A program made the translations under genes and the position numbers. From Eledone cirrhosa (lineage: Eukaryota), in contig OZ024747.1 of the NCBI GenBank assembly GCA_964016885.1, positions 57,536,001 through 57,600,000 of the forward strand: a stretch of DNA of 64,000 bases, written 5' to 3'. Below are positions 56,340 to 64,000 of the stretch, in pieces. Below the pieces are notes generated by a model. The model did no database searches. It was not told the origin of the DNA and saw only the letters and a list, made by a program, of their open reading frames with translations. How positions within the stretch are numbered: position 1 is the first letter of the stretch; each line of letters starts with the position of its first letter.

Positions 56340-56665
56340 CAGTGAGCGATATGTGGGTATGACTGAATATGAATTTAAACAACTATATTACGCGCATGCT
56401 GAAAAAAAACAAACAAAAAAAAACACGGCACTGGCAAACAGAGTGTGGGAAATGAAAGAACGTGGAAATCCATATGTAATAAATTGGTCCATTTTAGACC
56501 AATCAAATGAATATGCAAAAGGTACAAGAAAATGTACTTTATGCATAAGCGAGAAATATAGAAATCTACAGTTCCTGAAATCTACAAAAACTTGTCTCAA
56601 ATCTAAAACTATTTTCACTTGTTGCCCGCGTATGACATAACATCTGCTTTCCTATTGGAATAACC
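56340..56665 (+). pseudogene. Naiad-type Penelope-like GIY-YIG endonuclease fragment
   Basis: YVGMTEYEFKQLYYAH..TALANRVWEMK..INWSIL..KCTLCISEK..TCCPR matches YxGxTExxFKxRxxxH / CxLCxxEK / CRH. Confidence 0.75.
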
Positions 56666-57356
56666 ATAGCATCAATTTGGACACAACCGCCCTGAACATC
56701 TATTTACATTATGTAATGGCATTAACACTAACTACCCTGAACTTATATTTAATATGATCACAAACATTGTTATACCCATAACACACAAACAACATATTGA
56801 GTATGATTACATACCTTTTGTTATACCTATAACACTCAAATTTTGATTATTTTCACTTTCTTTCGCTTACATCTAGGTATATAAGTATATACATTTGATG
56901 ACTCTATAAGACGCATCGAACACTCCTTCATTTTAATGATATTTGACACACATATATCAGTTCACATGCATTTAATTATACTTATAGCACTTACATATTA
57001 TTTATATCTAATTTTAGTTCATCCCTTGATGATTCTAATTATAGCATCGACAACTCCTTTTTTCTCTGCAAATATATTTAACATATTCATAGATATGTAT
57101 GAATAATTTTTAAGTGCTAATATATTTATTTTTTCTATGTATGAACTTACGTGTGTATGTGTGTATATATATATGTGTTTATATGTGTGCGAATATATTT
57201 TTTGTACGTACGGTTTTATGTGTATATATATGTATGTTTTGTATAGAAATGTGTATGTATATTTTATACGGTGTTAATTTTTGTTTTTATTATTTTTATT
57301 TTTCAAATATATCTATGCATATCCTTTCTTACTGTGCGTGCGTTTATCATCGTGAC

Positions 57357-57411
<55 letters not shown>

Positions 57412-57460
57412 CTTCACTGCTCAGAAGTGTTTTTTAAGTTTCATATCATGTCTCCCTATT

Positions 57461-57520
57461 TTATCTGATGAGAACGCAGATATCATCCCATGATGATATT
57501 TGTTTTTGAAATGTGCATAA
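57461..57520 (+). ncRNA. Hammerhead motif related to family F, downstream of the Naiad-type fragment
   Basis: TTAT-CTGATGA-[gaacgcagatatcatc ccat gatgatatttgttttt]-GAAATGTGCATAATAAAA; cleavage triplet degenerate. Confidence 0.55.
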
Positions 57521-57569
57521 TAAAATACTTGGAACTCTTTTAACCATCTTTTGATCTTATATATATATG

Positions 57570-57648
<79 letters not shown>

Positions 57649-57700
57649 GTGTCTATGTCTATGTGTATATATATATATATATATAGTTTTAATATAGATG

Positions 57701-57751
57701 AGATTCTACAGGACTAGAACTGTTTCATTCTTTAGAAATCATCAGGAATCT
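57701..57751 (-). ncRNA. Type I hammerhead, family K
   Basis: Minus strand: AGATTC-CTGATGA-tTTC taaa GAAt-GAAACAG ttctagtc CTGTA-GAATCT; decayed inverted pair of the same family at 61755-61832. Confidence 0.75.
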
Positions 57752-59070
57752 GAGTATCCAAAAATAAAAGTGGTATATATAGGTCTTTTCAGGTGGTAGG
57801 AGAGGATGGGGAGTGAGATGGGTAGAGGTCATTGGTTGATAGAAAAGGGAATTCATTAAAAGCTAATTCTTTAAAGCTATAATTTATATTTAGAGTGACA
57901 AAGGAAGAAAGAATTATATAAACAAGTTCAGAATGGGGTGCCACTCCTTATTTTTAAGTTTCTCTTAAGCTAAAAATGCCTATATTTCAGTTGTCTATAA
58001 GATCGTTGGGGGTCGGTCATGGTTGAAGGATTTAAAGAAAAGGGAAATTCTTTAAAAGCTAATTCTTTAAAGTTCTACTTAGAGTGACAAAAGCCAAAAG
58101 AATTCTATAGACCAGTTCAAAATATTGGGTGCCTATCATATCATTATCTTCAAATTTCCCTTAAGCTATATTCCAGGTGTCAACAGACACATTCACAAAC
58201 ACACACATACACACACTCGCGCACCCACACCCCGACACACATCAAGTGTATAGAATGAAACAAACCAGCGACAGTTCGCTCGGTAGTGGAATATCTTAAC
58301 AAGTAAGCAACTATGTACTGTATGTCGAAGTAAATATCATTTGGCAAGATGTGTTGATATTTCTTAAGAACGGTGATTAAGAAATAATAATGTTACTTAG
58401 GTCAGCGATAGTTTATCATGGAATTATTGATGGTTGGATTAGGTGAGACAATGGTTTTACTAACTTAATGGAAAATAATGATGCAAGAGATGAAATATAG
58501 CTGTACAACTAACTGAATGAACTCGAAAATTTCCTTCATCGAAGTCAACGCGAAGAACAGTGACATAAATTCATTAAATTATTTAGTCTACTCCCACGAG
58601 CTACTGGGCTCAAATCTTAGCAGATCTATTTCTGATTTTCATGACTTTAATGTTGACATATTAAGTACGAGTAATATATTTTTCTCCAAACACAAAGCCA
58701 CCAGTAATATACTGCTGTTCATACACCAAGATACCAGCAATGTACTGAGGTCCATGCAGCAGATACCATTAACGTACTGATGCTGAAAGAACGGCTATCA
58801 CTGATATATTGATTTTTAAAACATTATTTACAAATTGCGAAAAATGTTGTTGGGTTTCGTTATATTTGGGGAGGTTTATGTTTTTCTAATAATTGTTTCT
58901 ACTTTAGGCACAAGGCCAGCAATTACCCAGTGCATTACTGGTACTTTAAAGCACACTCACTGTCTGGTTTGGTTTCGCTTCAGTATATCTTTATATTTCT
59001 ATGAATAATTTAGCAGGTAATCAATGATTATCATTGGTTGACCGAACAGCTAAAAATATAAATATAAATT

Positions 59071-59116
59071 CTCAAACTTCTTTTGCCACACATTTTTCTG
59101 TGACATCTTCAGTGAT
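59071..59116 (-). ncRNA. Highly decayed family C hammerhead remnant
   Basis: Minus strand: TCA-CTGAAGA-tGTCACA..TGTGGC-aaaagaagtt-TGA. Confidence 0.35.
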
Positions 59117-60557
59117 TTCCTCCCGCTGTGTTTCTATAACCTTTTTTTTATGTCGGTCCGAATCCCATTCAAATCTACTTTGATTGTAATCCTTTCCTGG
59201 TCGATAACAAAATGTACCTGTTCGGTACTCTTTTCTCAAGTCTGGTACTTATTTTATCGATCATTCTTTGTAGAAATATTTATATAAGGAACACACATAC
59301 ACCCCCCCCCACACATAATACATACATACATACATACACATATACATATACATATATATATAAATAAATATTTGACAGGCGGCCACGCAGTTCTATCCGT
59401 TAAATTTAACAAAGGATGCATTGATCAATTCGAAGCTATAACAAATAAATAAATAAAAATAAATAAACACTTGCCCAATGTCATGCAATTGAACTAAACC
59501 TTAAAAGACGTGGTTATGAAGTGAACTATCTAGAAGTAAAGCCATTTATCTAGATATACAGCGCCTATTTATTTTATATTTATTTTCATATTATATTTTA
59601 CTTTATTTTATTTTTCTTTGGATTTGTTTTCCAGTGCATTAGACAGAATTCCTTTATTTTATGAATTTTTATGTGTGAATGAATTTAGCCTGTATGACCT
59701 TTTTTATAACCGAGATAAATTATATTGGTCAGCATTCTTAATGCTGTGGCAGTTTCATTTAGTAATAAGCTTTAAAAGTTATAGCAATAATTACCTACTC
59801 CCTTCACAGAGAGCACCTTGTCAGTATGATTTTCGAAATTAATAGCTACATTGATGCCTTATCATTGGGATTCGATGCTATGGTGGAAATAATGTCGGTA
59901 GAATGTCTAACCATCATTTTGTTAAACAATTCAATATTCCCATTTTGCAAGACATTAAACTAGATACGCGTTTAACTACATTTACCTTTTATATGCTTTT
60001 ATATCTAGTCTCTCTGGAGGTAGTTGGTATAGTGAAAAGGATATATGCAAGATGGAAATTATTGTTGAATGTATACATAGATATAGTTGGCGAATTGGCA
60101 GAGTTGTTAGAACGTCAGATAGAATGCTTTCGGCTCTCTACTATCTGAGTTCAAATTCCAACGAGATCTACTTTGCCTTTCCTCCATTCCAGGTCGATAG
60201 AAAAATACCAGTCAAGTACTAGGATCGATTCGTCCTCTATATCTCTTTCTGACATCTTTGTCTCTTGCTCGCTATCTTTCTTTGGAAGAAATCTGTTTAA
60301 TTCAGATCTGGAGAGGAGACGGCCTCCATCAGATTTAGAAATGCGGTATGTCAATAGGACGCCCTTACGATTCCCTCAGGAGTTACGGGACTAAAAAAAC
60401 ATACATACATACCCACGTAATAATTTGAACTCTTCTTATTGATAACTACATTGTTTGTGTACAGGAAATATGTTAAAAAATACACCTCAATTGGTCATTC
60501 CACGAGAGTATCTTGGTCAGCCTATGAACGTTTCACCCGACCCTCGTACATATTAAT

Positions 60558-60870
60558 AATTGTTTCTACTTTTGGCAGAAGGCCAGTAATTAATCCAATA
60601 CGTTACTGGTACTTTATTTTATCGACCCCGTAAGGATGAAAGGCAAAGTTAACCTTGGCGGGATTTGAACTCAGACCGAAAAAGGACGTAACTATGCTGT
60701 AAAGCATGGTGTCCGAACCTCTACCAATACTGCCAATTCACCGCCCTAATACTAATAATTGTTTCTACTTTAGGAACAAGGCCAGCAATTACCAAGTTCA
60801 TTACTGGTACTTTATTTTATTGACCCCGTAAGGATGAAAGGCAAAGTCAACCTCGGCGGGATTTGAACCT
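60558..60870 (-). mobile_element. Full plus truncated Nin/Deu-like SINE copies
   Basis: Reverse complement of the 8335 core. Confidence 0.85.
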
Positions 60871-62445
60871 AATAATGTTCTCACACTTATAGCAGTGTTG
60901 TTTAGCCCTAGCTTAGCCGTTGTCATGTAGATCTGAGTTGAAAAGCGTTTTAAACATAATCTTACCGAAGTTGAGCTGAAGCTGATTCTAGCATGCTATG
61001 TACGTGAGATCAGTCACCAAAAACTCTCAGTTGAATCACGGTAAACTTGGGGGTGTAGAATTAATTATCCAGTCTTAATTTGCAACTGTGATACTGCAGT
61101 GGATTAACACGATTTAATACTCCTATAGCATATATATTTGGGTAGTTCGTCTCTGGACAAATAAGAATTACTTTTAAATAATTTTAATTAACAATTTCTA
61201 TGAGAGAATAGTTATACTTTCAGAACATTTGGGAATACTTCAAACTAATTTAATCATGTTTTCATGATAGTTAATTAAATATTCAACAACGATATTAATT
61301 ATGCATTCATATGAAGTAGTATCTTGCATTAATTATATTTATCATAGCTGAGTTGTTGAATTCTACTCAGAGAATCTGAAGCTACTAAAATGATGCATGT
61401 TATTTATATCCATTAGCCGCATTCACTTAATTCACAGCTTAATTCCAGATCAACTGGAAATATATCAGATCTTGCAGTTGGATTTCCGCCGTTTCGTACG
61501 ACGAATACTGTAATTGTTCAAACAACAGAACATCCAGCTTTATTTCCCTTTGTTCCAGTCTACTCAGATGCATAAATATGAGTTGCTATGACACTGGTGC
61601 CAAACAGTATCGGCCTGTCTGTTATAATACATAGTATATATAAAAGTATATACTGGTATGTTGACTGCTAGGCCAGGCTTACGCCACGGAACGTAAAATA
61701 GGTACTCAGTACATTAGTAGACTGAAATCATCAAATACTTATTATAGAAATGGCTTCTACAGGACTAGAACTGTTTCATTCCTATGAAATCATGGGCATT
61801 CCTGATGCTTTCATATTAATGAAACAGTTCTATAAACCTCTTGTCAGTTATTGGTGCAGAACTCATAACAATCAAGAACAAAAGAGACCCTCTCCCTTTC
61901 TTATAAACGTAGTATTCAGTCTTAGACAATTAGAAATGACACTAACATAGCGTAGTTCATCATAAGAGTGTATGTGAAAGAGCAAACAGCAACAACAGCA
62001 ATAGCAAAAAGAATAGCAACAGCAACAACAACTACTGTGGCATGCATGTTACATCCGTTGGCTCCGACGATGAATGTCCTAATTTTCCGAACATCATAAC
62101 AGTGACATTCTCTTGCTCTTGACTGAATATTCCACATACACGTATACATTTAACGTAGTTCTCAGGGAGATTCAGTGAGACACAAACTGTGACCCTTTAA
62201 ATTACAGGTACACCTCACGTATAGTAGCTGAGTAGTATCTTGTTCAATGACACAACGCACCGGTGGAAATAGAACTCACGATCTTATGATCAGAACTGAA
62301 CAAGCTATCCACCAAGCCACGTACATTAACGAAACGCTTTCACGATAATGGTTTCTACATTTGGCAGAAGGCCAGCAGTTTGAAAGAAAGTAAACGATAA
62401 ATGAAGGAATACAGTAAGGGGACACACTTAAACAATTGTTTATAT

Positions 62446-62879
62446 CAGGCGTGTGTCTGAGTGGTTAGAGAATTGGATTCGCAAGCGTAAGGTTGTGAGT
62501 TCGATTCCTGGACCAGGCGATGCGTTATGTCCTTGAGCAAGACACTTTATTTCACGTTGCTCCTTCTACCTGGAGTTGCGACCGATAGATAGTATTAGCA
62601 AATGGAAAGACCAACGGAAACATTGTTCCCTCGGTCCGATTTGACGAAAGTCGATCGTTCCTTTATATCAGACAAACTGAGGGTCCAACCGAGGGCCACA
62701 CGGGTCACATATGTGTTGTCTGAGGGCCACACACGACAATTAACTGCGCATATAACAATTTATTTTTTAATTTTTATATTACGAGGATAAAACATGCCCG
62801 CGCTGTACACACATTTGTGTGGGTCGGTGTGCTTGCAAAGGGCTGCATGCGACCCACGGGCTGCAGTTTGACATGCCTG
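62446..62879. mobile_element. hAT-type MITE with a tRNA-SINE nested at its left end
   Basis: Right TIR GCAGTTTGACATGCCTG; GTTTATAT at 62438-62445 and 62880-62887; SINE A/B boxes at about 62450-62510; left boundary uncertain. Confidence 0.5.
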
Positions 62880-63594
62880 GTTTATATAACAGTTTCTGAT
62901 TTTGGTACAAGGCGAACAATTTGAAGGAAAGGAGAATGTCGACTAAATCGATCACAGTGAGTTAATGGTACTTTATTTTATAGACCCCGTAAGGATGAAA
63001 GACAAAGCTAACTTGAGCGCGATTTGAACTCAGATCGCAAAGGGCCATGACTGCATGCTGAAACTCTTACATAATAATAATTCAAAGAATCATCACAAAT
63101 AACACCCACTAGCAAAAATCAAAACTACAACTTCTACCGTCACAATAACGACAACAAGAACAATAGCATAGGCTGAAAATACACAATTACAACAAGAACC
63201 ACAACAACAATAGAAGCAGCAGCCGTGGCAGTGACAATCACTGACAATACTTAAAATGATGAACGCGTTTGATTTGAAAATGTATAACATATTTGTGTGT
63301 AATTTTTCTAGATATATATCGTTGTTCAGGGCGAAATAGCAAGTGTTTACTTCGCTGGTAAAAACATCTAAATGAGCAACAACATGCAACCGTGCGATAA
63401 TTTCTAATCTATCATTGTTACTTTATAGTGTCGTGCCGTCATATTACATGGCATATTATACGATATCTAACATCACTTAAAGCTGTTTATATCTCACTAA
63501 TGGTGGAGAAGGATATATGAGTTTCAATATGTGTATGTTTGTTTAAGTGTGTGTAAATATATATGTAATTATTTCTAAATTCATACATATAATC

Positions 63595-64000
<406 letters not shown>

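Noticed and set aside
56340-56665. Selenocysteine recoding as reported for some Naiad PLEs
   Set aside because: The in-frame stop after TCCPRMT is TAA, not TGA, and no SECIS was recognisable; consistent with decay.

Overview
AT-rich eukaryotic (animal) non-genic or intronic DNA. The repeat content most resembles an octopus/cephalopod genome, which is an inference from the SINE and microsatellite style. No intact host protein-coding gene is supported; most ORFs in the track are microsatellite translations. The window holds (AT)n, (CA)n, (GA)n, (TACA)n, (CAC)n and (AAAAAT)n tracts, two abundant tRNA-type SINE families, decayed LINEs (CRE, RTE, Tx1/L1, R4/Dong), hAT and mariner MITEs, a Helitron-like element and Penelope-like elements (PLEs) with GIY-YIG endonuclease. 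The main signal is roughly 25 type I hammerhead-ribozyme (HHR) motifs in about 11 sequence families, counted and folded by eye, almost all inserted in (AT)n tracts. Several sit in non-coding monomers of 320, 448, 590 and 619 nt present as longer-than-unit tandem or circularly permuted copies, often as head-to-head inverted pairs. Two families carry a compensatory U3-A8 catalytic core (UUGAUAA) with very long stem II inserts. The picture fits a diverse set of PLE-mobilised, microsatellite-targeted retrozymes with circular RNA intermediates; this is not experimentally or computationally verified here.
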